Shown here piece after piece: positions 15,486 through 29,120 of a DNA stretch of 64,000 nt. Position 1 is the stretch's first letter. Every line of letters starts with the position of its first letter. Under the pieces are notes generated by a model. That model searched no databases and was not told the origin of the DNA. It worked only from the letters and a program-made list of their open reading frames with translations. This DNA is from Octopus vulgaris (lineage: Eukaryota). The stretch is taken from the NCBI GenBank assembly GCA_951406725.2, contig OX597816.1, forward strand, positions 126,170,001 to 126,234,000, written 5' to 3'. Made by a program: the position numbers and the translations under genes.

Positions 15486-16149
15486 GGAACACATGTGTAT
15501 ATATGTGTATAAGATGTAATATATACATATATATATATATGTATGTGTGTGTATGTATATATATATAAATATGTATATATGTATTATATATGTGTGTGTA
15601 TGTCAGTATGTGTATATAAATATATATGTTCATATATATGTAAATATATGCTTTTATATATACATGTATGTTCATGTGCGTGTGTGTGAATGTGTGTGTG
15701 TTATATGTTTTAATAAATTGTGTGTGTGAACTATACTCTATTTCACAAAAAGGTGATTAAAATCAAGAAAAGATCAATTTATCAGTCTACCACATTAAAG
15801 AATTTCTCTATAACCATCCTTGAAATGTATTTCTATGTTCTTATTTATTTGTCTTTCTATATGTAACAGTTGTTTTGATGTTCACTCTGATTTCCAATTA
15901 TGTATAATTTCAAAACCTACAAGTAATGATATAAATAGCAACAAATCATGATACGCTATGAAATATTTTAATTATTAAACTGAGTATGCAAGCTGATATG
16001 TAGTTATTAGTGCCTTGTACACATATGACCAAATATTTAATATCATAATTTGTAATGGTATTTGGCTTTAGACTTCACAGTTCCCATACACTATTCACAT
16101 AGTATTATTAGATTTGTATGCTGAAAGATCTAAAACAAATTTGTAATAG

Positions 16150-16715
16150 ATGCAGGCATGGCTGTGTGGTAAGAGGATTGCTTCTCAACCCCATAGTTTG
16201 AGGTTCAAACCCACTGCATGACATCTTGGGCAAGTGAGTGGATTTGGTAGACAGAAACTGAAAGAAGACTGTAGTATGTGCATGTGTGTGTGTGTGTATG
16301 CAAGGGGATGCTGAAAAGTTATTGGCTTTGAGTAAAAGAACATATAGGAGAATCACTTAGTAAAGGTTTTATGCAGCATATTACTCTCTCAGCTTCACAC
16401 ACTTATTGCAGTGGTCCTTTACTTTCTCTAAGCTCTGTAAAATAACTTGGAAGGTTGAGCCTCCAACCAAGCCTTTCACAATACTATGAAAGCAAGAAAC
16501 TTTTCAGCACTTGCTCATGTGTGTGTTTGTGTGTTTGTATTTCTCCCTCACCTCTGCTTGACAACTGGTGCTGGTTTGTTTACATCTCCATAAAGCAGTG
16601 GTTCAACAAGAAGAGACCAATAGAATAAATAATCAATTTGTTCAAGCAAACTCTTCACAACTGTATCCTAATTGGTTGCAGTCCAATGATTGAAACAATC
16701 AAACAGTAAAAGATT
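16150..16715 (+). mobile_element. Family A SINE interrupted by a MITE
   Basis: gcaggcatggctgtgtggtaag..ggttcaaacccactg..gtggatttggtagacagaaactgaaagaag; the 3' half resumes near 16520. Confidence 0.8.
16298..16520. mobile_element. Mariner-like MITE nested in the SINE (TG)n tract
   Basis: Inverted termini TGCTGAAAAGTT (16309-16320) and AACTTTTCAGCA (16498-16509). Confidence 0.7.
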
Positions 16716-17028
16716 CATAAATGGATTTACTACTTAATGCTAACAACTAGATCTTTCTTCTTACTATTAGTTATTTTCCAGTGAATTTAGTCTGTCTTAT
16801 TTACATTAAGATGTAAGTTTGACAGTCAAGATTCATAGTACCATATAAAATGAATAAAAACATGTAAATAGATGATTCAGCATGACTGAAATCCTAAAAT
16901 CTTCCAGCTAACAAAGAAACTTTTACATGGATGCTTCACCTGCTTTGAAATAACAGCCTCAAAGCTCAACATTAACCAGTGTGCTAGTCACATTGGTTAA
17001 TGTATATCTAGATACATTATGCCTGATA

Positions 17029-18892
17029 TTGTCTAGATGAATCACAAATGGAATGCCTCTTTAATCATAGGTTGGCTCAATCAGAATTGTTCTGGAGATA
17101 AACAATAACAACCTGAAATGTTAACCTTTTGGTTGCTGGCTTTTGATTGTGAACAGAAACTTTAAGAAATGAGATTAAAATATCTGTCAGTATTTAGTTG
17201 AATCTCTTCATTCTGAATCAAATGCTCCATCAGTATAAATAAAATAAGTATCAATACATTGAGGTTGGTTTCAGCCTAGCATGCAACTGTCATATAAATA
17301 TTCTTTGATTAAGATACACTTTTAATTGCTATCTTTTGGTGTGATTTCTATCTTAATTAAAATATTTGAGAAAAATAATGATATTTGCTGTAATTTTTTT
17401 TTCTACCATTTAGATATCAAATGATAAAGAAATAATATACACACAAACTCTGCAATATGGAAACACTGTGTTCCTCTAACAGAATTCCATATGAAACATA
17501 TTTCTCATTGAATTCTTTGTAATATGCATGTCAATGGAAAATAGGTTTCTCATTAAGAGATTCCACACTGTGGCATGATTTTCAGGAAAGCGATGTTTCT
17601 GTAACATAGGGATGCCAGTGCAATTTATTGAAATGAGTTTCTTTAGAAACTCATCTCCTTTGTCATCAAATAGGGATGCTTGGTGGTGGATATTTCAGTT
17701 CATGTTCTATAAGGATTGACAAGAAAATAAGATCAGAAACATGCTTTTAGAAGCATGCAAATCTAGGAAGGAAAGATTAGATAAATTGCTTTTTATGGGT
17801 GAAGTTATCATTTAGATTGAACAAGAAAACAAGACAGTCCACAAGCCTATAATCATAATCTTTCCAAACACCCCTTCTGGACACTGTACTCATTCTTTGC
17901 CCAAACATGTCGCTGTGTCATTTTCACTGGAATGTCATTGCCACCCATATTTTCATCCCACTAGTAAAATGTAGCTACTCAAACTTAATATCTACTTTGA
18001 TTGCACTCAGTTCCATTGATAGAATTGGTAAAAGTGTAATATTTGACATATTTAGTTGGTTAGCAAAAAATACATGGTTCATTTGCTGTTGCTTGTCTTT
18101 TTAAATACTTATTATAAGCATTTATTAAGATACGTATTTTGAATTGACATAAATTTAATTGCATAAGCCTGATTTTCTAAGGTAAGTTATTATTAGAAGC
18201 TGATGGAAAAATTTTTCAGACTATTAATCATTAAATTTCAAGCAATCTAATTTCCATTTGTCATGTACCTTAAAGTCATACACATTAAACATTTTAAGGA
18301 GTCTAATGCTGTGACTATTATATCACAATCTCATAAAACAATTATTTGTCATTTTATGTGGTATTAATTTCTCTTCTGTAGAAACTATAGTAGGTTCATT
18401 TACCTAACATACAGTGATTCACTAAAGAGAAAAAACAAGAACAAGTAACTGAATTGACTATCCATAAAATGTTTTAATATCTTATCTCAGAAATTGCATT
18501 ATCTCACAACAATTTGTTTGGTTCCAAGGATTCTCCACCTGGAGCAACACAGCCCCTAGAGTGCGTCATATTCTGCACTTTCAGGAGCTACATGAAAATG
18601 GATCATTAGGAGCCCACAGGATTTTGAGGGAGCCATATACGAATTTAACAGTCATCATGATATAATCCTCATATTTCATTCTTTGTCTAGATGACTCACA
18701 AATGGAATGCCTCTTTAATCATAGACTGGTGCAATCAGAATTGTTCTGGAGATAAAACAACAATAACAACCTGAAATGTTGACTTTTCAGTTGCTGGCTT
18801 TTGATTGTAAACAGTAACTTTAAGAAGTGAGATTAAAATATCTGTCAGAATTTAGTTGAATTTCTTCATGCTGAATTGAATGCTCCATCAGT
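17029..18892 (+). repeat. Dispersed direct repeat of ~205 bp (17029-17234 and 18683-18892)
   Basis: ttgtctagatga.tcacaaatggaatgcctctttaatcatag..tgctccatcagt in both copies; about 88-90% identity by eye. Confidence 0.9.
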
Positions 18893-20619
18893 GAAAATAA
18901 CATATTAACCAAACCCTATTTTATTTCATGAGAAGAGCTATTCGACTCTACTGATGACAGTTCAACTAATGTACATGTAGGTAAGAGACTATCCACTGCA
19001 CAAAATGAGTTTTGAACTGCAAGATAGTGATAATACAGTGATTGATTGGTGCAGTTTCCTGAGATATGTATAATGAGCAGCACTTAGATGCTCACCTGCA
19101 GCAACTTGGTGGATTGGATGATATAAATGATATCCCATTTCTGTGAAAACAAATGAATTCAAATATATGCATTGAAAATATCACCAAGAATAGTAGCATG
19201 AAGTGTACTGAGTGCAATAGAAAGGGGTGCAGAAAAATGCAACTTGAATGGGGTCCTCAGGCACACACATGAAACACTTTGGCTCATTATAATGCATTGG
19301 ATACCACCAAGAACATTTTTGATGTCTGTTGGGTGTGCATCTTATATGGACAACTTCTATTCTCATGAAGTTGTCAACCATTCACTCAATTTTGTTGACC
19401 AGAATGATAGACTATAGAACGAGAAGGGTGATGGATGCTTGTCAGGAAGAAACTAAGGTGACAATGTGGGTAAAATGATGATTTATTTACATCATACTTT
19501 CATGATCACGTGTAGCAAAACAAATCTGTACTACATTGCTTACATGAAATTATGGGATGTCACTGTTGTCATTTTCAGTTTCTATTACAATTTCCTAAAA
19601 GCAGTCTTTATATTCAACTTAACATGAATGTATTGTTAGAATGCCGAATTCTGCATTACTTGCCTGGAGAGCACTTCTCATATGGATGCATGATGCATAA
19701 AAGCACACACATTTATATCTCTGGCCAATGAGAATTGTCTGCTATGGATGCCAGGACTGTCAGATCATGTGATTTCAATGTTCCTTATCTCTTCATGGCA
19801 AACGCCCAGTTGCTGCATATAGCCAAATCTCACTGTCAGTAATATCTGGAATTTCAGTGACTGCTCAAGCATTGATGTCCAACAAGGTTATTAAAATTAA
19901 TTATTAGCAACAGAAGCAGTATTAATACCAATTTTTTTAGGACAGTTTGCTTTCACTTCTTTATGACAGCAAAGTATATGTTAACCATCCTATGTTATTG
20001 CACTTTCCACTTTTTATCTTGTATCAAGTGGATGACTTCTACATCCATTGCAACCACCTTGAAATTGTAAGATCTTTGTCACTAACAATGTATTGCATCA
20101 GCTACAAGACTCGCAGCAAATAAAATGCCACTCATATATTTTGTTACTGTATATTTTGTTTAAAGATGTATGTAAATAAAATATTACTAAAATTGCAGTT
20201 TATTCTTCTAATGCACTTTTCTACTTTTATCCAAGTGACTACAGACATCTTGTCGTTTTGCAATACTAGTGCAATTAATAAACATTACAACTTTTTTCCA
20301 ACTTATAACTTTATATATACTGAAAGAAGCTCCCAGTGAGGTAGCTACTGGGAAAATTCTAATAATCTATAATAGAACTTCTATAATTAAATGAAAGTCT
20401 GCTCATCCCAAATGAAACAATTCTTAGAATGATAGGAATTCTGCCTAAAACAGTCATAAAACTTGGAAAAGGTTATTGTAGTTAGCTTGGAAAAGGTTAA
20501 TGTAATTATTGATAAGTAGGTTTACACTAAAATTTTAATCACCTTGTTAAGTAAAGGTTAGCTACACAAATCTGTTTTTAAAGTAAGATCTATTTTTATT
20601 TAGACACATAATTAAAGCC

Positions 20620-21215
20620 ACAAACATACCTCACCAAAGCAACTCACCACATTTGTATGGCCATACAAAATAAACAAATCAGGAATGTCACACCAATTGT
20701 TGGTTGCACACATGCTGAACATGTCACACTCTGAGTCACTATGTGCTATACACAATTTCATCTTTCATGAGTTTAACTACTTCATATTAAGCAAATTGTT
20801 TTTAAAGATCTGTGAAGATACAAACACTGTATCCTGTCAAATGATAATAAGCCTTGATGTAATCAACATATTCACAATGGTTTCAACTGGTGAATCTGTA
20901 TGAGATGTCAGAACCAGCCTAAAAATAAGAGAACTTTTAGACTATTGATTAGATTAATTATGATCTGACAATATAATGGAAATGTTGATACTGTGCATCA
21001 GATTTATTTACCTGGAGTTGGAAAATAAATCAACAATTAGAAAGGGTGCACATAGGTTCTCTATTATGACCTGCTCTGGCTAATATTCAAATAAAACAAT
21101 TGAAAGAACCTACAGACTGTCTGAAACGTGTGTATGACACCTTTATTCTGTGCCAGAACTCGGAACATAGTCATGCTTTATCACATCATATAAATTCTAT
21201 AGAATACACTATAGA
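20620..21215 (+). pseudogene. Fossil Penelope-like element, reverse transcriptase part
   Basis: Across shifted frames: SPHLYGHTK/INKSG..PIVG (cf. PHLYGLPKIHK..PIVS), MIISLDVINIFTMV (cf. SLDVVSLFTNV), IMEMLILCI, IGSLL*PALANI (cf. MGSPLSPVLANI), LKRVYDTFIL (cf. RYVDDTF), HINSI. Confidence 0.78.
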
Positions 21216-22539
21216 AAAAAAACCAACTAAATGTGACTCTTAAACAATGGTCCAATACAAACTGAATGACCATTTGACCAATGCAGCTGTTTATTTGGGA
21301 TAAAGCTTATTACATTAAAATCACATCAAGAAAAACTAGAACAATGGTATGTTGATGGAAGATAGTCATAGGCAATCTAGCACTATTATACTTGGAATCT
21401 AATATATTTTCTTGATATCTTCATTGATGAATGATACTGTGGTGCTGAAATATAATTTTCTTTTCAAATTGATGGAGTCTTGGGCTGCATAAGCTCATGT
21501 TATTGAATGAAGTTCATTTCCTCAAAGATTTTAAGCAGCCAAATTCTAAAAAGGCGAAAATCAAATTCATTAAATGAAATTGAAAAGAGTTGGTAGAGTG
21601 ATCAGTATCACTGAGGAAGGAAGAGCATCTCAAGATCGTTTTGGTGTCATATTTTAAAGAAAAAAATCCTGTGAAGAAAGCCATGTAGAACTAATACTAT
21701 TAGACAAAAAAGTGTGTAGCAATTAAGTCTGGTGTAGCCTTTGTCTCTATTCTAAAATTTTGTGGGGAAAAGCAATATGATAATTAACATAAAGATATGC
21801 TAGACATAAAAATTTAAAAAATTAAATCTATGTAAAATGACCAGTCATATGTATCAAGTTGCTTTTCCATGAAATCTCAATAGAAGAATAAACTTAAGAC
21901 AAAAGTACAGCAATACAAACATCATACAGATTGGCTTGGTCAAGAATTTGTTGCATTAGATACTCATAGTGAAAATCTGGGAGAATTGTTTTCATCATGA
22001 ATCTTCTTCATGCCCACTAAGACTTCTGAGGGGGCTTCCAAATCAAGTACCAAGTCACATTTGTTGGTATGCATTATGGAAACAAGTTCGTCTAATGACC
22101 TGATTGGAGCTAAGGAGTTAATAATACCACAATGAACATTTCATGAAAGTTTTATATCTTTTGACTATACAGGATTGAAAAAGAGTGGCTACAGTAAGCA
22201 TAATCCAGGACAACTTTCAATATTAATATTTTTATAGTCATCATACATGTTAAATCACTTCCCATGGTGTATAAAACTATTTATTGTACTTAATTTTATA
22301 TTCTTGAAATTTTGGTCATTTGAAATATCTAATGATTTGAGTGTGTGGTCTTTATACTTCAAGTATTTATTTATATAAACTCTGATGATTTTTTGTTTAT
22401 TTTTGTTTTCTAAGCATTTTTGAGTTACCTTCAAAATAAGTTTGAATTATCTCAAAAATAACCTGATTTCAAAGGATTTATGCTGATATCATAAATAATA
22501 TGTCATAGAGGGATGAAATAATTGTAAATAATATTGAAA

Positions 22540-23030
22540 ACCTTACTTTGAAAGCAAATGGCACCAAATATATTGAGGTTGGATCCCTTAACCCGTCATG
22601 CCTTTTACTAAACTTGATTTTACAGGAAAAAATACATGTTCCTGTGATCACTATAGCCCCAGAACATTGTTAAGAAGTAACACTACATCTTTCAGATATC
22701 TTACCAGAGTTAAAGCGATTCAACAGATGAAAGACTTGAAAAATTGCTTATGTAACATTCCAAGCACAAGGGGAAAATATAACAGCTGCTAAAGATTAGG
22801 ATTGCAGAATATTGGAAAGCTGTAATTGGAGTTAAAACAATAAAGTCACGAATAATGTGAAAATGGAAATCATATGCCACTATGGCATGAAGTTTCCGTT
22901 ATAAATAAAGAATCATCATTGGAAACAACAGAAAATAAAAGAGACAGTGAGGATAATGTTAAGAACACAATCGGTGAGTCTGACATTGATTTCAGCATAA
23001 TCTGGCTGCTATTACTAAAAATAGGTCTAA
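22540..23030 (+). pseudogene. Fossil Penelope-like element, linker and GIY-YIG endonuclease part
   Basis: LKANG..MPFTK..RTLLRSNTT..YLTRVK..KNCLCNIP (cf. KNCIYxIPC)..KGKI*QLLKIRIAEYWKAV (cf. YxGETxRxLKxRIxEHxKAV)..GNHMPLWHEVSVI..DFSIIWLLLLK. Confidence 0.72.
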
Positions 23031-23849
23031 AATACATAGTAGATAAAAGTAATGGAAACCTGTATGAGTATGAAAACAGCTTGAGCACATGTGCATAACA
23101 ATTATGGCATTCGATAACGAATGGGTGGAGTCCTAAATATATCTACAGCAAGAACTGAATAAAATAAATGTAATCTTAAAATAAACATAAACAAGAAGAA
23201 AAGAAAAAGTTATGAATTGACATCTAGTTAGCTCACTTTTAGATTTAACATATCCCAAGTGATGAAAGAGATACAAAAAGACCGGATGATCATGCTGAAA
23301 CGTCTTTATTCATAGGCCAGCTCATTCAGAACTGACCAATGGCTACACAACATATTGGTACTGGCTGACTACTATATTCAGTTCAGTTAAAATACTGTGA
23401 CAAGGTTGAATACTTATCTTTTCATTATAATTTTGTATGCTGCTATTACAAAGAGAAAACACTTGAACAGTTTTGATTTCATAATATTTTTTCTTTTACA
23501 ACTTCATAGTAGAAACTATTCATAGTAAGATCTTTGCAATCTATAAAATGAATTTGATTGGAGAATGAATTTTTATAATGCTGATGGAAACAAGCAAGAT
23601 ATATAGAGCATGAAATGGCTAGCTCACTCACGTATTTGGTTCTTAGTTCAGAGGAACTTTTGGAAAATAATGAAATTTTCTTTTTATTACTCATAAATAA
23701 AAAAATATATAATTGTTTAAGTTCGCTTATTTCTACTCTTGTTATTTACTTTGACTTAAATTTGAAATTGCAGTAGTTTCCATACAATTGAACCACTGAT
23801 TTGCTAAAACAGCATTATATTTGAAGCAAATTTCAGAAGCAAAAATTCA

Positions 23850-24549
23850 GAGGTGCAGGCATAGCTGTGTGATAAGAAGCTTGCTTCTCAACCACAAGGT
23901 TTTGGGCTCAGTCTCACTGCATGGCACCTTGAGCTACTGTCTTCTGTTATAGCCTCAGGCTGACTTTGGAAGCCTGTCATATATACATATACATACATAC
24001 ATACATGCACATATATATATATGTATGTATATATGTATGTCAGGTCACTTTTGAGTGCTACTAGTAACATGTAACCCAGTACAACCTGTTGCATGGTCGG
24101 GTTGTCGGCGACTAAACCGGCAACCCCACCAAGCTTGCTTGGTGAGGAGGGTGTTTATTGGACACCCTGCGGGTTGAAAAACAAAACCCATCAAAGGGTG
24201 GAGGAACTCTTGAGAGTGAACGGCCATTCGGTAAATGTCTTAAGGCTGTATCATGCGCAGGGACATAGAAATAATCGGACTGAATACCCGATCACACGGT
24301 TAAACCATTGGGAGTGAAGGACCCCTAGCCTGCGGCTCAGTGGTTACCGATGATGTTGACTTGTTCTTCTTTTCGGATTATAGCTGCTGTTGCTTAGTGA
24401 GTGGGATTGACTCAGTGCACAGCCTTTCCTCACTTTAAAAAAAATCTTCTTGCACAGGCATTGCGCAATAACAACATTGATTAAGCTTCGTGCAATGGCC
24501 ATACTCGATAACGAGGGGGCAGCCACCATGTATGTATGTGTGTGTGTGC

Positions 24550-24583
<34 letters not shown>

Positions 24584-24780
24584 TTGTCCCCCACTACTGC
24601 CTGACAACCACTCTTGGTGTGTTTACATTGCTATAGCTTAGCAGTTCAGCAAAAGAGTCCAATAGAATAAGCACTAGGCTTTAAAAAGTCCTGGGGTTGA
24701 CTTGTTTGACTAAAACCCTCGAAGGCTGTGCCCCAGCATGGCTGCTGCCTAATGACTGAAACAATTGAAAGATAAAAGAT
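23850..24780 (+). mobile_element. Family A SINE with a 480-bp insertion in its central microsatellite
   Basis: Head at 23850-23975; tail at 24570-24780 ending ggctgtgccccagcatggctgc..gactgaaacaattgaaagataaaagat. Confidence 0.8.
24045..24528 (+). mobile_element. Structured non-coding retroelement, possibly a non-autonomous bipartite RTE derivative
   Basis: GC-rich, with consecutive hairpins (GGGTTGTCGG/CCGGCAACCC, CACCAAG/CTTGGTG, AGGGTGT/ACACCCT, GGGTT/AACCC, CATTGCGC../..GTGCAATG); no ORF with recognisable motifs. Confidence 0.5.
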
Positions 24781-25884
24781 AATCATATTTTCTGCTTATT
24801 TTGCTGCACCATATCAATTACATGGAGCAGTTGTAACCAGTACTGCATTTTTGAGAAATGTATAAAAGCCACATGTGCGAAATCTGGCATTATATAGTTT
24901 CACTCTGAATAATTCTCCTTGATATCATTGACAGACAAAAGCTTTCTTGAAAGCTTCAGTAAAGAACATAAGCTTCTCACCAAAAGAAAATGAAAAGCAA
25001 GGAGTAAAGAATAGATATTATCTGGTTGGACTTAGAATTATGAAGATATAATAGTTTGTTACTTGTTTGCTTAACAGTTACTATAATGTACTTATGCTTT
25101 GTAGCACTTCAATGTTCCTTTGAAGTGTTGTTATCAAAAATTATTGTCCATTTCTTTTAAAGTTGATGAAAATTATACAGACTCATTAATGCCATTTTAA
25201 GGCATTAATGCCCTGGGCTTTGACCAGGAGCTCCACATTAATCTATGTATGCTGTAGTTGTATATGTAGTGATCCCAATGCATTGCTTTGCTTGGGGGTA
25301 TATTATGTTATTAAGGTGGGTCTATCATTCACAGAAACATATACAAAATTCATGTAATATTTTCATTCATTATAATATTGTTTGTTATGCATTTTAGGAT
25401 TTTTTTTATAACTTATTCATTAAAAATTAGTATAAATAACAAAACTGGTTAATTGAATCGAATAAAATTCGTTTTAGTATTTTGTATTTGATATTACTGA
25501 AAAGTATTGTATTTCATACAAGAAGACAGTTTTGTGGAAGAATTAGCCAACATGAATCTTCAACAGCTGTGCATGGTACTTTAATCCATCCCATAGAGAT
25601 GAAATACAAAAACTGGCTCCTAAGTATCACTTTGTTTATAGAGTTGGAAGTGAAAATTGCTATTGATTTCAAATATATTTCTTAGAAATACTAAATTTGA
25701 AATTCAATGACAACCAACGACTACAAGAAAAAAGAGAGGTTAATGCTAAAGTTATAATAATTTGTTATACAAAATATCTCTTTCCCCAATAAAATTGACC
25801 TGACATTAGTTTTCAACTGCATTAATTCCAATAATTTTTTTTAAAAGACATTGTCTTTGATTTTATTTTATTGCAATTCTCTCA

Positions 25885-26300
25885 GCATTGGATCGGTAGA
25901 ATAATGTAGGATAATTTTGTTCCAGTATTTTACATTCTGAGTTCAGATTGCAGTGGGGTCAACTTTGTCTTTTATCCCTCAGGGATTGATAAAATAAAAT
26001 ACATGTCAAGTACCATGGTTCATGGTATTGACTTAAACCCTTCCCTCAAAATTTCTGGTTTTGCATCTAAATCATAAACCATTATTTTGTGAGTATCTGG
26101 ACAGGGGATTGATAGAATTGATAAAACGTTAGATGAATTATTTTGCAGTATTTGTCCTGGATCTTTACATTCTGAGACCACATCCCATTAAAGTCAATTT
26201 TGCAATCATGCTTCTGGTCTCAATAAAATAAAGTCCTGGCTGAGTATTAAGATTGATTTAAATGACTAACCCTCTCTCCTTAAATTTCTAGCCTTGTACT
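25885..26300 (+). mobile_element. Two decayed family C SINE copies in tandem
   Basis: tttacattctgagttcaga..gtcaactttgtcttttatcc..gataaaataaa repeated twice; similar to the 55871-56117 family. Confidence 0.55.
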
Positions 26301-28759
26301 TATGTTAGAAAAAGTCATTTTGTGATTCTTGAACTGGATATTCTTGTACCTGAATCATGTATATCCAAATTCAAATTTTATTGACTGAATTGAATAATAA
26401 ACCTTGCCTACAAATATAATTCTGATCAGATCTCAAGTTTGCCAATCTTTCACTTGACTCATAAATGCTAAAAGTGATGAAACTAATAAAATTATGTTTT
26501 GTTTAGGAAACATTAGTGAGAGTAAATTATAATAAATCTTTGATGCATTCATGCAATGAAAATAGCAACTTGATTGGAAATATGTTAGATATCCTAGAAT
26601 ATAAGAGTTGTACAAAACAGATTTTTTTTATTGATTCCAACTTTATATTAGTAACAAACGATGTACACACTTCGTGAATTTTTTTCTCAACTTTTTTAAA
26701 GTGATGTACCTAGCAATAGCAGAATGATAAATGATATTGCATAAAACTCTCTTTGCGGTATAAAGGTCTCGGTCTGGTTTGTTATTGATCTATTACTGAA
26801 CTTTATACCTAGATGAATGAGATAACCTATTTTTTATTGCATCTGCTTTTGTAAAAATCGGATTCTGGTGCAAGCAAAAAGGGAGTTGTTGGCCATATTG
26901 GCTGCGCTGAAAGATGGCAAGCATTAATTTTAAATGAGATTGCTTAGTTATATAATTCTGAAATGTTTTCTTCCAAAGTCTTGGTGGGTTAAGGAATTTG
27001 GTAAGTAGATATCTTACACATTCAAAATAGAAGTTGTCATCTTGAGAAGATGTGGAGCTATAAGCAATGATAAAGGTCTACTGGTTTGAAACTTGCAAAC
27101 TTCTAAATGTGCACGCATTTGTTAGTGTATACAGTCTGACAGAAAACTTAGTTAAATGGTTTTCAAGTGTATACACTTGATATACATGCATATATATATA
27201 TATATATATATATTACAAATTATATTACTGACCTGAATGTTATTGCCTGCTTCTAAGCAATCAATTGCTTAGAGAATATCTACTAAAGAAAATATATTGA
27301 TATTTGGCCATATTCCCCAGTTAATCTCTCTCTTTCTCTCTGTTTTTCTCTTTCTTAAATGTGTGTGTACCTGTTTCTATATAAAAATATACATACATAG
27401 TAATCACACACAATAACTCACCATCTGAAAGAATCTTAAAGTATGACTGTTCAAATCTCAGTGCCCTATACAACATGTGTCCTATACACATGAGTGCATA
27501 TATACATGAGATGAACAATATTAGTTTCCAGATCCAAGCTCAAAGTGCTTTCCAAAGCTGACACAAACTATGGTAATATTGACAATATTGAAATCAATAT
27601 GTAATACCCATAATGTTTCAATCCTAATGTGAAAGTCATATGCTGTTGTCCTGTTGGTTTACTTGTAAAATGTTGATTATCCCTATAAGTGCTCAAAATG
27701 AAATTCAAGTCTTTGGGATGAGATGTGACCAGTCAATAGAATCAATGTATCTTAAATTAGCAGTTAATGTCTCTAACCTAAGACAGTATACATAGAGAAG
27801 CTGTACTGTCTGTTCACAAGTCTGCAAATGAATTTGTGCAGCTACTGAATTTGTCAATCTCTTATAAAAATAATCAAGACAAAAAGATTGGCATCGTATG
27901 GATATTTTCAATACACACACTAAAGGCCTTTCAGATTTTTACTGTTAACTAAGATTTTTTTATGTTAAGGAGAAAGTACACTAAAATACAGAGGACAACA
28001 TGTGAAGGGAAGATTTAGAAAATCTCAATTAACTTTAAAAATCTGAAAAGAATTTAGTGTGTGTATTAGAGCTGTTGAGCAATTATTGATGAGTGACAAC
28101 GTTTGGTGACTATGTTACATTCATAATAACCACACTTTTATATAAGTTACCTTTTTTTTAACTTAAAAAGTTGAATTGATAGAACAGCATCCAAGAGATA
28201 TTAAATGGATTAAGCACAAGTTTTCACTGCATAATATGTTAAATAATAATACAAAGACAGTTCACTATTATTGAGAACAAATGAAGTAGAAATATTTAGA
28301 ATGTCTTATCAACAAAGTGATTGTCATAGCTTCAAGTAGCCTTTCAGGTCATTCTAGGCAAAACAAGCAGAAAAAGTGAAAACACTTATGGTATTGAGTG
28401 ACATAACTCTTTATAGTATCATATGTTGTTGTGTAAGGAAATGTGGAAGAGGATGTGAGACCATCTCACAGAGCAGAGCGATATGGTTCCATGTGCACTG
28501 CTGGTTGGCTCTGCTATGGTTCACTTCTCTAGCTTTTTATGTCCTCATCGGAGAATCTCTAGAAAGTTCAACCTGACTATTTAGATGGAAGGCTCCATCT
28601 CACTTGGTTACACACCAGCCAATCTGATTATCTAAATCATATTCACGAAGGCATTTTTACCTTTTCTAGCAACACAATTTTTCAAAACTGGCCTTGACTT
28701 TTATGACAGAATGATAGGCCATAGTCCTGAGCTGGCTGTCTTAAATGTGATAACTCAGA

Positions 28760-29120
28760 ACTCAGCAGAGGTAAAGGGCATGGACTGCATCCCATTTATT
28801 ATTTTTTTATGGTATTTTTCTACAGAAACCCACTTTTTCAACTGCAGCAATTACAAATCTGCAAAAAAAAAAAAAATCGGCATTTCAAATGTGGGGTGTT
28901 TATTTATTTATTTATTTTTGAAAAATTGAAATTTTACAAAATTGTTTTTTCAGAATCATTATCTCTATATTTTTCACCAAAAATATTTCTAAAAAAAAGT
29001 GAAAAATTGGAGTGTGGGGTGGAGTGGGGGATAAAATTTTGAAATAAGGATTTTTTTTTTGCAGATTTGGAATCTCCGCAGTCGAAAAAGTGGGTCCATG
29101 TCCTTTACCTCTGCCGAAGC
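28760..29120. mobile_element. Fold-back MITE-like element
   Basis: Outer IR gcagaggtaaagggcatgga / tccatgtcctttacctctgc; inner IR acccactttttcaactgc..caaatctgc(A)n-tc (28828-28878) / ga(T)n-gcagatttg..gcagtcgaaaaagtgggt (29049-29095). Confidence 0.75.

Noticed and set aside
18530-20150. Possible decayed hAT transposase on the minus strand
   Set aside because: Only a faint CxxH-like remnant near 19670-19705; too degenerate without a translated search.
23100-23154. Possible minus-strand terminal exon (LAVDIFRTPPIRYRMP*) after an acceptor-like site
   Set aside because: Short, unrecognised, no partner exons, and next to transposon debris.
23276-23312. HHR-like cggatga..gaaacgtc downstream of the Penelope fossil
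   Set aside because: The position fits a pseudo-LTR, but the core is mutated and stems I and II do not pair convincingly.
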